NCBI GenBank assembly: GCA_963765855.1 | Contig: CAVXYQ010000003.1 | Coordinates: 361,177 to 425,176, forward strand | Direction: 5' to 3' | Source of the DNA: an uncultured Alphaproteobacteria bacterium | Lineage (GTDB): Bacteria; Pseudomonadota; Alphaproteobacteria; Rhizobiales; Xanthobacteraceae | Length of the DNA stretch: 64,000 nt | Part shown: positions 10,657-19,459 of the stretch, piece after piece | How the letters are laid out: every line of letters begins with the position of its first letter | Numbering within the stretch: the first letter of the stretch is position 1 | Notes under the pieces: model-generated | What the model was told of the DNA's origin: nothing | Database searches by the model: none | What the model saw: only the letters and a program-made list of their open reading frames with translations | Position numbers and translations under genes: made by a program

Positions 10657-10884
10657 GTGGGGACGGATAAAGGCGTGACGACGGACGGAGCCAATCCATT
10701 TGCAGCATTCGATCTCGTCAAGGCCATCGCATTGCGCTGGACTCTGCGCGATATCAGCGCAAACCGTCTCAAGCTGAGCCCTGTCTCTGCCGCGGACCTG
10801 AACCTGCTGATCGAACTGGGCCTGGTCGAAATACGAAACGATACCCCGGTTCTCACGCCGGCAGGGATGGCGGTCCTGGATTGA
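10657..10884 (+). CDS. Small hypothetical protein (75 aa)
   Basis: Natural-looking composition, GTG start with upstream purines; resembles small Bradyrhizobiaceae hypotheticals (recalled). Confidence 0.6.
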   Translation: MGTDKGVTTDGANPFAAFDLVKAIALRWTLRDISANRLKLSPVSAADLNLLIELGLVEIRNDTPVLTPAGMAVLD

Positions 10885-10928
10885 CGGTGGCGGACTGTCG
10901 CGGGCAACCGCTGGTCGCCGCGTCGGGG

Positions 10929-11129
10929 CTACCGGAACCGGTCGTTCAGAAAGCACAATCCGTCGTAGGTCAGGCGAGCCTCGCTGGTCTTGCCATCCGC
11001 GACCTCGGCCTCGAGGAAATTCTCGAGGTCGGGCAGCGCCCTATTGAATTTCTCCTCGACACCCATCATGGCGCATGTCTGTTTTATGCGCTCGATCGGC
11101 TTTTCAAGGATGTCGATTTCGTCAGCCAT
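10929..11129 (-). CDS. Small acidic hypothetical protein (66 aa)
   Basis: MADEIDILEKPIERIK...; GGAAC-N16-TGTT lies just upstream (11138-11162, minus strand). Confidence 0.6.
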   Translation of the reverse strand: MADEIDILEKPIERIKQTCAMMGVEEKFNRALPDLENFLEAEVADGKTSEARLTYDGLCFLNDRFR

Positions 11130-11492
11130 TTCCCAAAAACAGCCACGCCAAACTTTCGTTCCATCGCGATCCGCCTGCTCCGGGCGCGCGCCATAGGCCG
11201 CCTGTCGCCAAACTCCGGTTCCCGCCTGGCCTTGCGGTATGACATTGCCGGTTCGACGGCTGCAGTTCATCTGCCGCCCTTCACCGGATCGCGCAGATCG
11301 GTGAGAATGGTCCGCCACAACGGGAATCCGACGGCGCGATTTGTTCCAGCCATTCAAAATAATATTCCCCGCCGAGAGAGTCGGCGACCGGACAGTTTGA
11401 TGGTTATTTTTTGGCTACAATATTTCGCGGGATGGCTATGGAGCATGCACAGCCGTCCTGACGAATGGTGTGCAGAAGATGAGGCCGACACC

Positions 11493-11720
11493 ATGCCCTT
11501 GTCCCTGACCGATGTCCTGCTTTCGCCCGTCGAGCGACCGCGTTGCGCCAGATGTCGAACCGCCATGAATCTGACGAGCATCACGCCTCGCCCCGATCAC
11601 TGCGAGAAGCGGATCTTCGAGTGTCCGAAATGCAGATTCATCGAAACGCGGCTCGCCACCGACCCGCTCCAATCAAAAGAGATCAAACGTTTAGCTCACA
11701 ATGTCCGACCGCCCGCTTGA
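11493..11720 (+). CDS. Small zinc-ribbon protein (75 aa)
   Basis: CARC...FECPKC (two CxxC). Confidence 0.65.
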   Translation: MPLSLTDVLLSPVERPRCARCRTAMNLTSITPRPDHCEKRIFECPKCRFIETRLATDPLQSKEIKRLAHNVRPPA

Positions 11721-11829
11721 CCTCGACCTCGTCCGGATCGGGATGGGAATCGGGATGGCCTGTGTCATCGCCGCGGTGGTGACGGTCGGAGCATTTTTCG
11801 TTATCCGGATTTTAGCCGAGGCTGGCTGA
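11701..11829 (+). CDS. Putative 42-aa single-pass membrane protein (absent from the ORF track)
   Basis: MSDRPLDLDLVRIGMGIGMACVIAAVVTVGAFFVIRILAEAG*; its TGA overlaps the next ATG (TGATG). Confidence 0.4.
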   Translation: MSDRPLDLDLVRIGMGIGMACVIAAVVTVGAFFVIRILAEAG

Positions 11830-12107
11830 TGATATCTGCGGTTTTCACCATCGACGTCGGCGGAAAGCCGACCCTGAGCTTCGAGGCCAGGAACTTGCGC
11901 GAATCCTGGCAGCTGTGTCACGAGGAGTGGTTGCGCGATGACATCGCGCGGCTCAAATCCGGCGGCATTCCGCTATGGGACGGCAAGGCGCACCTGAAGA
12001 GCAGGTATGCCACCGAAGCCGAAAGGTCGGTTTTTCTCGAAGCCGCGGGCGAACCCTCGCCCGACGATATGGTGTTGGCCTATCTGGTCGAGATCGACGC
12101 TGATTAA
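11829..12107 (+). CDS. Hypothetical protein (92 aa)
   Basis: Plausible composition; coupled to the upstream small ORF. Confidence 0.62.
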   Translation: MISAVFTIDVGGKPTLSFEARNLRESWQLCHEEWLRDDIARLKSGGIPLWDGKAHLKSRYATEAERSVFLEAAGEPSPDDMVLAYLVEIDAD

Positions 12108-12325
12108 GCTCCCAAAAACCCTTTTTGGCCGGGAAACGCCGCATCTCCAGGAAGCGGGCGAGGGAAGCTCGATCTCGGCGGTGAGATCGGCGGCAATCCG
12201 ATAGCCGCCGCCGGTCAACGGCTGGTCCAGGATATCCGCGAGCTCGGAGGCGGCCTTTCTTCGGCACGAAATCGAATCAGCGTGGCGCCGTCAGCTCGGG
12301 CAACCGCGCGCCAGCGGCGTCCGGC

Positions 12326-13252
12326 TCAAGGGGCGGCGCGCTGCTTCTCATAGGCCTTGAGATGGGTATAGGCCGTACGCAGCCTTGGAACCGGCACCTT
12401 GCCGGCATCGCCGCGCCGGACCAGATCGCCGATCACGTGATCGGCCTCGACCGCTGCGCCGGCCTTGATGTCGCGGAACATCGACGCCGTCATCGGCGAG
12501 CCTTCCGCGGTCAGCATCCCGTGCGTGCGTTCCAGGAACGGCGCGCGCGGCGCGTGGCCTTCGGCAGCGGCCACCGCGCTGCATTCGTCGAGCATGCCGA
12601 GAATGAAGTCCTTGCCGCCCGGGGCCGCCAGGATATTGCCGACCGATGTGCGCATCAGGCAGGTGGAGGCCGCGAGCGAGGCCAGGAACACCCATTTCTC
12701 CCACATCTCCTGCACAATATGTTCACTCGCCACCGAGCCGAACCTGCCGCTTGCCATGGTCTCCGCGATGGCGCGAACCCGGTCCGTCATGCGGCCGTCG
12801 CGTTCGCCGAAATTGAGCGACTGCATCGGCGCGAGGTGGACCACCTCGCGGGCTTCATTGAGCGTCACCGCGATCGCGCAGAGGCCGCCGAGCACCCGCT
12901 CGGCGCCGAATTGCCTGTCGAGCTCGTCCAGATGCAGCATGCCGTTGAGCAGCGGGATGATCGCGGTCTGCGGTCCCACCGCCGGCGCAAACGATTTGAT
13001 CGCGTCGGCAAGATCGAACGCCTTGCAGCTCAACAGCACGACGTCGAACGTTTCGCCGAGAGTGTCGGCCTGCACCGTCGGCGGGTTCTTCAGTGTGACG
13101 TCGCCATTGGGGCTTTTGATCACCAGCCCCGCGCCGGCCAGTTCGGCTGCGCGCCGCGGGCGGACCAGAAAGGTCACATCGCGGCCGGCCTGGAGCATCC
13201 TGCCGCCGAAATATCCGCCGATCGCACCGGCGCCGACCACGAGCATGCGCAT
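12326..13252 (-). CDS. panE: 2-dehydropantoate 2-reductase
   Basis: GAGAIGG Rossmann motif, LLNG, MWEKW, ASMFRDI...EADHVIG. Confidence 0.92.
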   Translation of the reverse strand: MRMLVVGAGAIGGYFGGRMLQAGRDVTFLVRPRRAAELAGAGLVIKSPNGDVTLKNPPTVQADTLGETFDVVLLSCKAFDLADAIKSFAPAVGPQTAIIPLLNGMLHLDELDRQFGAERVLGGLCAIAVTLNEAREVVHLAPMQSLNFGERDGRMTDRVRAIAETMASGRFGSVASEHIVQEMWEKWVFLASLAASTCLMRTSVGNILAAPGGKDFILGMLDECSAVAAAEGHAPRAPFLERTHGMLTAEGSPMTASMFRDIKAGAAVEADHVIGDLVRRGDAGKVPVPRLRTAYTHLKAYEKQRAAP

Positions 13253-13284
13253 TGCTGGATTCCTTGTTGTTTGGTTTGGGAAGT

Positions 13285-13379
13285 GGCGAATGGCGAATGG
13301 CGAATAACGAATAGTGAGTAGTGAAAGTAAGCTGGGAAGCGGGGAAATTTCCTCTATTCGCTATTCGCTATTCGCCACC
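13285..13379. repeat. Inverted arrays of heptamer repeats (GGCGAAT / CTATTCG)
   Basis: GGCGAAT x3 plus degenerate copies at 13285-13326 face CTATTCG x3 at 13354-13374. Confidence 0.8.
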
Positions 13380-13972
13380 ATCTCCTCTACCTCGCGCAGC
13401 TGCTCCTTGCCGAAAAACATTTCGTTACCGACAAAGAAGGTAGGCGAGCCGAACGCGCCGCGCTCGACCGCCATTTGCGTGTTCTCGATCAGCCTCGCCT
13501 TGACCTCGGGCTGCTGGGCGCGAGCCAACAACCTGGCCGCGTCGAGGCCGGAGGCCGTCAAGGCCTCGGTCGCCACTTCGGGATCGTCCATTTTCTTCGG
13601 CTCGACCCACATGTGATGAAATGCGGCGTCGATATAGCGCTCGAACACGCCCTCGAGCTGGGCGGCAACGGCGGCGCGCATCAGGTTGAGGGTGTTGACC
13701 GGGAAGAACGGGTTCCAGTGATAGGGCCTGACCCCGAATCGCGTGACAAACCGCTCGGTCTCCAGCGCCAGAAACGCGGGCTTGTTCTTGACGCCGGCGA
13801 GGGTTTCGGCCGGAGACCGGTTATTGGTGGCCTTGAAGATGCCGCCGAGCAGCACCGGAATATATTCGAACTTGACGCCGGTGCGTCGTTCGATGGCCGG
13901 GATCGCCTCGTGACTGAGGAACGCATTGGGGCTGCCGAAATCGAACATGAATTGCGGGCTGGTCCGGGTCAA
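13361..13972 (-). CDS. 2-hydroxychromene-2-carboxylate isomerase / DsbA-like (GST-kappa) family
   Basis: FDFGSPNAFL, GAFGSPTFFVGNEMFFG; TTG start. Confidence 0.88.
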   Translation of the reverse strand: MTRTSPQFMFDFGSPNAFLSHEAIPAIERRTGVKFEYIPVLLGGIFKATNNRSPAETLAGVKNKPAFLALETERFVTRFGVRPYHWNPFFPVNTLNLMRAAVAAQLEGVFERYIDAAFHHMWVEPKKMDDPEVATEALTASGLDAARLLARAQQPEVKARLIENTQMAVERGAFGSPTFFVGNEMFFGKEQLREVEEMVANSE

Positions 13973-14187
13973 TGCCGCCTCCTGATGCCATGGGCCGGCG
14001 CATTGTGGCGCAGCGCGGCCGGCGCGTCCACCGTTCTATGATGACCGTAATATTGTGAATTGAAGGTGACGGAATTGTCGGGGTGCCGAACTGGCGATGC
14101 CAAAGACATCGCGCAGCATCATGTCTGCGCGGAAGCCAATCAAAGCCTGCGCGGCGCGGCGTCGGCGACGACGGTGGCGGCCCGCCA

Positions 14188-14802
14188 TCACGCCGTGAAT
14201 TCGACCCGATCGCCGAAGGCGAGCCTGACGACGTGGGTGCGGATGTCGGCCGGCCATCCAGCGACCAGGCCGGCAAACCGCCGCCGGTCGTCGGCGAACA
14301 GGGCTCGTGAGGCTTCCTCGAAGCCCGGCAGGTTGCCGGCCATGGTCGACATGAAATGATAGGCCGCGTCCCTGGCGGCGCGGCTGCGGTCGCGATCCGC
14401 GCCGGCGCGGCGCGCCTCTTCCACCAGCTTGCGCAGCGCCACCGATGCGCCGCCGGGCTGGCTGCCGAGCCATTCCCAGTGCCGCGGCAAAAGCGTCACC
14501 TCGCGGGCCACGACCCCAAGCCTGGGCCGCCCGCGTCCGCGCGCCTCCGGCGCGGCGGGTCCGGCTGCCGGGCTCGCCGAATCGGGATCGGGCTGCGGCA
14601 GCCGCGCCGCGACGTCCTGCGCGGTGCCGCGCAGATCGACATCGACGGCGTGGCCGGTCGAATCGTCGAATATCAGGATGGGCTCGGCGGCGCCGCTTCT
14701 GGACGCCTTGAGCACGGCCATCGCAACCTCGGCCAGCGGGCCAGAAGCCAGCCATCGCTTGCCGGCAAAAGCAGTGAATGAGGGGTGATTGGCCTTGACC
14801 AT
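14188..14802 (-). CDS. DUF2239 family protein
   Basis: FTAFAG, IFDDSTG...DLRG, RGRPRLGVVAREVTLLPRHWEWL, GGASVALRKLVEEAR. Confidence 0.82.
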   Translation of the reverse strand: MVKANHPSFTAFAGKRWLASGPLAEVAMAVLKASRSGAAEPILIFDDSTGHAVDVDLRGTAQDVAARLPQPDPDSASPAAGPAAPEARGRGRPRLGVVAREVTLLPRHWEWLGSQPGGASVALRKLVEEARRAGADRDRSRAARDAAYHFMSTMAGNLPGFEEASRALFADDRRRFAGLVAGWPADIRTHVVRLAFGDRVEFTA

Positions 14803-14833
14803 CCGATAACCCGATCCCGATTGCCCGCCAAAT

Positions 14834-14872
14834 TTACCCGGATAAATTAGAGTGTCAATATCGTCCGGGTAA
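14834..14872. promoter_or_regulatory. Inverted repeat, candidate operator between divergent DUF2239 and GST genes
   Basis: TTACCCGGA-N21-TCCGGGTAA with an AT-rich spacer. Confidence 0.5.
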
Positions 14873-14977
14873 TAAGCGGACGGTCCTCCCGCCGCGATCG
14901 CTCGGCGCGCAGGCCGGCCAATCGCCAAGTCTGTCGTCCGCTGCTACGAGATGAGCCGGTCAACCCCGGGGATTGCC

Positions 14978-15643
14978 ATGCTCACGGTCCACCATCTCAA
15001 CAATTCCCGCTCCCAGCGCGTGCTCTGGCTGCTGGAGGAACTTGGAATTGCTTACGAGATCATCCGCTATCAGCGGCAGCCGGACATGCGTGCGCCGGCC
15101 AGCCTGCGGGCGATTCATCCGCTCGGAAAATCGCCCGTCATCACCGACGGCGGCAACACCATCGCGGAATCCGGCGCGATCATCGAATACATCATCGACC
15201 GTTATGGCGAGGGCCGCCTGATACCGCCGCCGCGCACGCCGGAGCGGCTGCGCTATGTCTATTGGCTGCACTATGCGGAAGGCTCGGCGATGCCGCCGCT
15301 GCTGCTGAAATTGCTGTTCGGGCTGATGCCGAAGCGCGCCCCGGCGCTGCTGCGTCCCTTGGTGCGCAAGGTCTGCAATCAGGCGCTGACCACGCTGGTC
15401 AATCCGCAGCTCAAGCAGCACATGGCGTTCTGGGAGGACGAACTCGGCAACAGCGAGTGGTTTGCCGGCGGTGAATTTACCGCCGCCGACATCCAGATGA
15501 GTTTTCCGCTGGAAGCGGCCGCGGCGCGCGCCGGGCTCGACCAGGGTCACCCCAAGGCGATGGCGTTCCTGGACCGCATTCACGCCCGCCCGGCCTACGC
15601 CCGCGCGCTGGAAAAGGGCGGGCCTTATACGGTGGGACGCTAG
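14978..15643 (+). CDS. Glutathione S-transferase
   Basis: HHLNNSRSQRVLWLLEELG, HPLGKSPVI, ESGAIIEY, FTAADIQMSF. Confidence 0.93.
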   Translation: MLTVHHLNNSRSQRVLWLLEELGIAYEIIRYQRQPDMRAPASLRAIHPLGKSPVITDGGNTIAESGAIIEYIIDRYGEGRLIPPPRTPERLRYVYWLHYAEGSAMPPLLLKLLFGLMPKRAPALLRPLVRKVCNQALTTLVNPQLKQHMAFWEDELGNSEWFAGGEFTAADIQMSFPLEAAAARAGLDQGHPKAMAFLDRIHARPAYARALEKGGPYTVGR

Positions 15644-15661
15644 CCTGGCGCGCCATGACGG

Positions 15662-17059
15662 TCACCGCCGCGTCGCGGCGATCACCTCGCTGACCAGCCG
15701 TCCGAGGCCCCTGATGTCGCCGGTGGGATCGACGGAGTCGCCGAGCCGGACGATAACCAGGTCCTGCGAGGGCAGCACGACGATGCGCTGCCCGAGATCG
15801 CCGGAGGCAAAAAACGCGTCACGGGGAATTCCGATCCTGACCCGCCCCCTGGCATATTCGTGTTCGCTGCGATTGGTCCAGAAGCCGGCGCCGTAGTCGG
15901 AATCGAGCGTGGCGCGGGCCGAGAAATCCACCCATCCATCCGGCAGGATGCGGCGATCGCCGATCATGCCGTCATGCAGATAGAGCAAGCCGAACCGCGC
16001 CCAGTCCCTGGCGCTTGCCAGCATGTAGGTCGATCCCTGCAGCGTGCCGGCGCCATCGAATTCCAGCGTGACGGTGCGCATTCCCAGCGGACCGAACAGC
16101 TCCTGCCAGGCAAATGCCAGCGTCTGTTCGGGGCCGCCGACGCTGTCGCGGACGATCCGCGCCAACAGCTGGGTGGTGGGACTGCTGTAGGCCCAGCGCG
16201 TTCCCGGCGGCGCGGTGACGGCGGCCTTTGCGGCGAATCCGGCCATGTCGTCGTGCAGGTAAATCATCTGGCTGGCAGCATCGAAGCCGGAATTGGTTTC
16301 ATCGAGCGCCAGACCCGAGGTCATGCGCAGGAGATGCTCGATGGCGATCGCGCCGCGCGGGTCGTCCGCCGTGCGCCATTCCGGAACCGGCGCGGGCTGC
16401 GATAGGGAAAGGCGGCCCTGGCGGGCGAGAATCCCGACCAGGGCGTTGACCACGGACTTGGTCATGGAAAAACCGAGGAGCGGCGTATCGACCCCGATGC
16501 CGTCGGCATAGCGCTCGGCAATCACGCTGCCATGATGCACCGCCACGACTGCCTTGGTCCTGCGGAACGGCGGTGCGGCGGGCTCCTCGAAGGCATGATC
16601 GAGCGCGGCCTTCAATCCGGCGTCGGCGGGCTCGACCACGGCGGCGTCGGCAATCCCGGCCAGCAGCGGAGCAGCTTTCGGCGCCTTCAGCGCGGCGATG
16701 TCGCCCGTGAGCAGGTAGGGCTGCCTGGCGCCATGCAGCAGGACGCAGCCCAGCCCGTCATGAAACTCCGCGCGGCTGCCGAACCATCCGGCCAGCGACG
16801 CATCGACGGTTCGGTCACTGCGGTCGACAGTGTACCGGAGCAGCGATTTGAACCGCCGAATACCGGCACGGTCGGTGGTTTCCGCAAACACCCGTTGCGG
16901 GTCGAGCCCGGAGACGAAGGTCTTGGAACAGATATTGTGGGCCACATATCCGGTGACGACGCCCATCACACGTTCGGGGCGGAAAATCATCACCGCCACC
17001 AGCACCGCGGCCGCGACCAATCCTCCGGCTAAGGGTTTTCGCAATCGCACCGATGTCAC
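15662..17059 (-). CDS. Serine hydrolase, beta-lactamase class C-like family
   Basis: SMTKS (SxxK), LLRMTSGL, YSS, ARFGLLYL, ASG; N-terminal membrane anchor. Confidence 0.88.
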   Translation of the reverse strand: MTSVRLRKPLAGGLVAAAVLVAVMIFRPERVMGVVTGYVAHNICSKTFVSGLDPQRVFAETTDRAGIRRFKSLLRYTVDRSDRTVDASLAGWFGSRAEFHDGLGCVLLHGARQPYLLTGDIAALKAPKAAPLLAGIADAAVVEPADAGLKAALDHAFEEPAAPPFRRTKAVVAVHHGSVIAERYADGIGVDTPLLGFSMTKSVVNALVGILARQGRLSLSQPAPVPEWRTADDPRGAIAIEHLLRMTSGLALDETNSGFDAASQMIYLHDDMAGFAAKAAVTAPPGTRWAYSSPTTQLLARIVRDSVGGPEQTLAFAWQELFGPLGMRTVTLEFDGAGTLQGSTYMLASARDWARFGLLYLHDGMIGDRRILPDGWVDFSARATLDSDYGAGFWTNRSEHEYARGRVRIGIPRDAFFASGDLGQRIVVLPSQDLVIVRLGDSVDPTGDIRGLGRLVSEVIAATRR

Positions 17060-17083
17060 CCCGCGCTTATACCAGGCGTGTCG

Positions 17084-17980
17084 CTAGCCCCGCTTGCCGG
17101 CATCGCCGACCGAGGGCAGCGCCGTCACCGTGACACCCGGCGGCGGCAAATCGTCGTCGGGCACGAAGAAATCCGACATCAGGGCAACCGACGGATCGAC
17201 CCGGTAGCGCTCGAAATCGCGCACCCCGCTGGCATAGAGCAGCTTGTCGTCGATGCAGAACTGTCCGGTGAATTCGCGCGACGGTTTCGTAAAAATCACA
17301 TAGGCCGCGTCGCCCAGTATCTCCGGGGTGCGGCTGGCGCGCATCATGGCGTCGCCGCCCAGCAGGTTGCCGACCGCGGCGGTGGCAATGGTGGTGCGCG
17401 GCCACAGCGCGTTGACCGCAACGCCCGCGGCCTTCAGTTCGGCCGAAAGACCCAGCACGCACATGCTCATGCCGAACTTCGCCATGGTGTAGGCGGTGGA
17501 ATGCGCGAACCATTTCGGCTTCATGTCGAGTGGCGGCGACAGCATCAGGATGTGCGGATTGGCGGCCTTCTTCAGCTGCGGGATGCAGTATTTCGAGACC
17601 ATGAAGGTGCCGCGGGTATTGATGCCCATCATCAGGTCGAACCGCTTCATGTCGGTGGCTTGCGAATCGGTCAGGCTGATGGCGCTGGCATTGTTGACGC
17701 AGATATCGATGCCGCCGAATTCGGCGACGGTCTGGTCCACCGCCGCCATCACCTGGGCCTCGTCGCGGATATCGCAGAGGATCGGCAGCGCCCGGCCGCC
17801 GGCGGCGCGGACCTCGTCGGCGGCGGTGTAGATGGTGCCCTTGAGTTTCGGGTGCGGCTCCGCGGTCTTGGCGGCGATCGCGATATTGGCGCCGTCACGC
17901 GCGGCGCGCAACGCGATCGCGAGCCCGATGCCGCGGCTGCCGCCGGACAGGAACATGGTCTTGCCCTTGAGGGACGTCAT
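17084..17980 (-). CDS. SDR family NAD(P)-dependent oxidoreductase (HSDL2-like)
   Basis: SGGSRGIG, NNASAI, YTMAK, VNALWPRT. Confidence 0.9.
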   Translation of the reverse strand: MTSLKGKTMFLSGGSRGIGLAIALRAARDGANIAIAAKTAEPHPKLKGTIYTAADEVRAAGGRALPILCDIRDEAQVMAAVDQTVAEFGGIDICVNNASAISLTDSQATDMKRFDLMMGINTRGTFMVSKYCIPQLKKAANPHILMLSPPLDMKPKWFAHSTAYTMAKFGMSMCVLGLSAELKAAGVAVNALWPRTTIATAAVGNLLGGDAMMRASRTPEILGDAAYVIFTKPSREFTGQFCIDDKLLYASGVRDFERYRVDPSVALMSDFFVPDDDLPPPGVTVTALPSVGDAGKRG

Positions 17981-18034
17981 CGGGTGGAGCTCCTGTTGGT
18001 TTGTCCGATTCATCTCGGTTGCGCGCCCGCTCCG

Positions 18035-19336
18035 CTACGCATCGGCGTGCAGGATCCTGCCGCGGGTTTCCGGCAGGGCGAACGCCGCCAGGAAGAACAA
18101 GCCGTAGGCCAGCACCGCGAACACCGCGATGGCGTTGCCGAGCGAGGTTTCGGTGGACAATGCGCCGACCAGGAACGGAAACAGCGCCCCGATGCCGCGG
18201 CCGAAATTATAGCAGAAGCCCTGGCCCGACCCGCGCAGCCGGGTCGGATAGAGCTCGGTGAGGAAGGCGCCGATCCCCGAGAAATACGCCGAGGCGAAAA
18301 AGCCGAGCGGGAAGCCCAGCACCCACATCACTTCGTTGGTCAGCGGCAATTGCGTATAGGCGATGATGATGGCGATGGCGCCGAGCGAGAAATACAGGAA
18401 CAGCTTGCGGCGCCCGATCTTGTCGGCGAGCCATGCCCCGACCAGATAGCCGACGAACGAACCGATGATCAGCGCCGCCAGATAGCCGGTGGAACTGACG
18501 ATCGACAGCTTGCGCTCGGTGGTCAGAAACCGCGGCACCCAGAAGGTGATCGCGTAATAGCCGCCCTGACAACCGGTCACCGCCAGCGAGGCCAGGATGG
18601 TGGTCTTGAGAATCGGCCGGGCAAAAATCTCGCCGATTCCCGGCCGTTCGCCGCTGGCATTCTGCCTGGCGAGCGTCGCGGCGGCAATCGCCGGCTCCTC
18701 GACATAGCGCCGCAGAAAGAACACCAGCAGCGCCGGCACCGCGCCGACCGCGAACATCCAGCGCCACGCCAGTTCCGGCGGCAGCCAGGAAAACAGCACG
18801 GCCTGCGACAGCACCGCAAGGCCCCAGCCGACCGCCCAGCCGGACTGCACCGAGCCGACCGCGCGACCGCGATATTGCGCGCGGATCGATTCGCCCATCA
18901 GCACCGCGCCGGCGGCCCATTCGCCGCCGAAGCCGAGGCCCAGCAGCGCGCGGGCGATCAACAACTGGTCGAAATTCTGCACGAAGGCGCAAAGCAGCGA
19001 GAACACCGAGAACCACAGGATGGTCAGCTGCAGGGTTTTGACGCGGCCGATGCGGTCGGCGAGATAACCGCCGAGCCAGCCGCCGACCGCCGAAGCCAGC
19101 AAGGTCACGGTGCCGGCGAGGCCGGCGGTGCCGGGATCGACCTTCCACAGCGCGATGATGGTGCCGATCACCAGCGGATAGATCATGAAGTCCATGCCGT
19201 CGAGCGCCCAGCCGGACGCGCAGGCCCAGAATGTCCGCCGCTCCGGCAGGTTCATGTCGCGATAGAAGGCCAGAAGGCTGGAATCCTCGATCGGCGCGAC
19301 CTCGATCGGCGCCGACGGTTCGACTAGGCTGCTCAT
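18035..19336 (-). CDS. MFS transporter (sialate/aromatic acid-H+ symporter-like)
   Basis: GWALDGMD, LADRIGR, GFGGEW, ELYPTRLRG. Confidence 0.9.
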   Translation of the reverse strand: MSSLVEPSAPIEVAPIEDSSLLAFYRDMNLPERRTFWACASGWALDGMDFMIYPLVIGTIIALWKVDPGTAGLAGTVTLLASAVGGWLGGYLADRIGRVKTLQLTILWFSVFSLLCAFVQNFDQLLIARALLGLGFGGEWAAGAVLMGESIRAQYRGRAVGSVQSGWAVGWGLAVLSQAVLFSWLPPELAWRWMFAVGAVPALLVFFLRRYVEEPAIAAATLARQNASGERPGIGEIFARPILKTTILASLAVTGCQGGYYAITFWVPRFLTTERKLSIVSSTGYLAALIIGSFVGYLVGAWLADKIGRRKLFLYFSLGAIAIIIAYTQLPLTNEVMWVLGFPLGFFASAYFSGIGAFLTELYPTRLRGSGQGFCYNFGRGIGALFPFLVGALSTETSLGNAIAVFAVLAYGLFFLAAFALPETRGRILHADA

Positions 19337-19459
19337 GACGGTTAGTCCCCCCGGTAGATTTCTGACCGGCCCGTGCCTGCTCCCCGCCGCCGGCTTGCAC
19401 GGGGTTTTGGCAAATCCTACGCCGATCCCTGATGCTGTCATCAGGCAAAGCCGCGTCGT

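Noticed and set aside
4574-12300. A discrete island integrated at tRNA-Gly
   Set aside because: Accessory-looking content, but no integrase and no tRNA 3'-end direct repeat was found, so boundaries cannot be supported.
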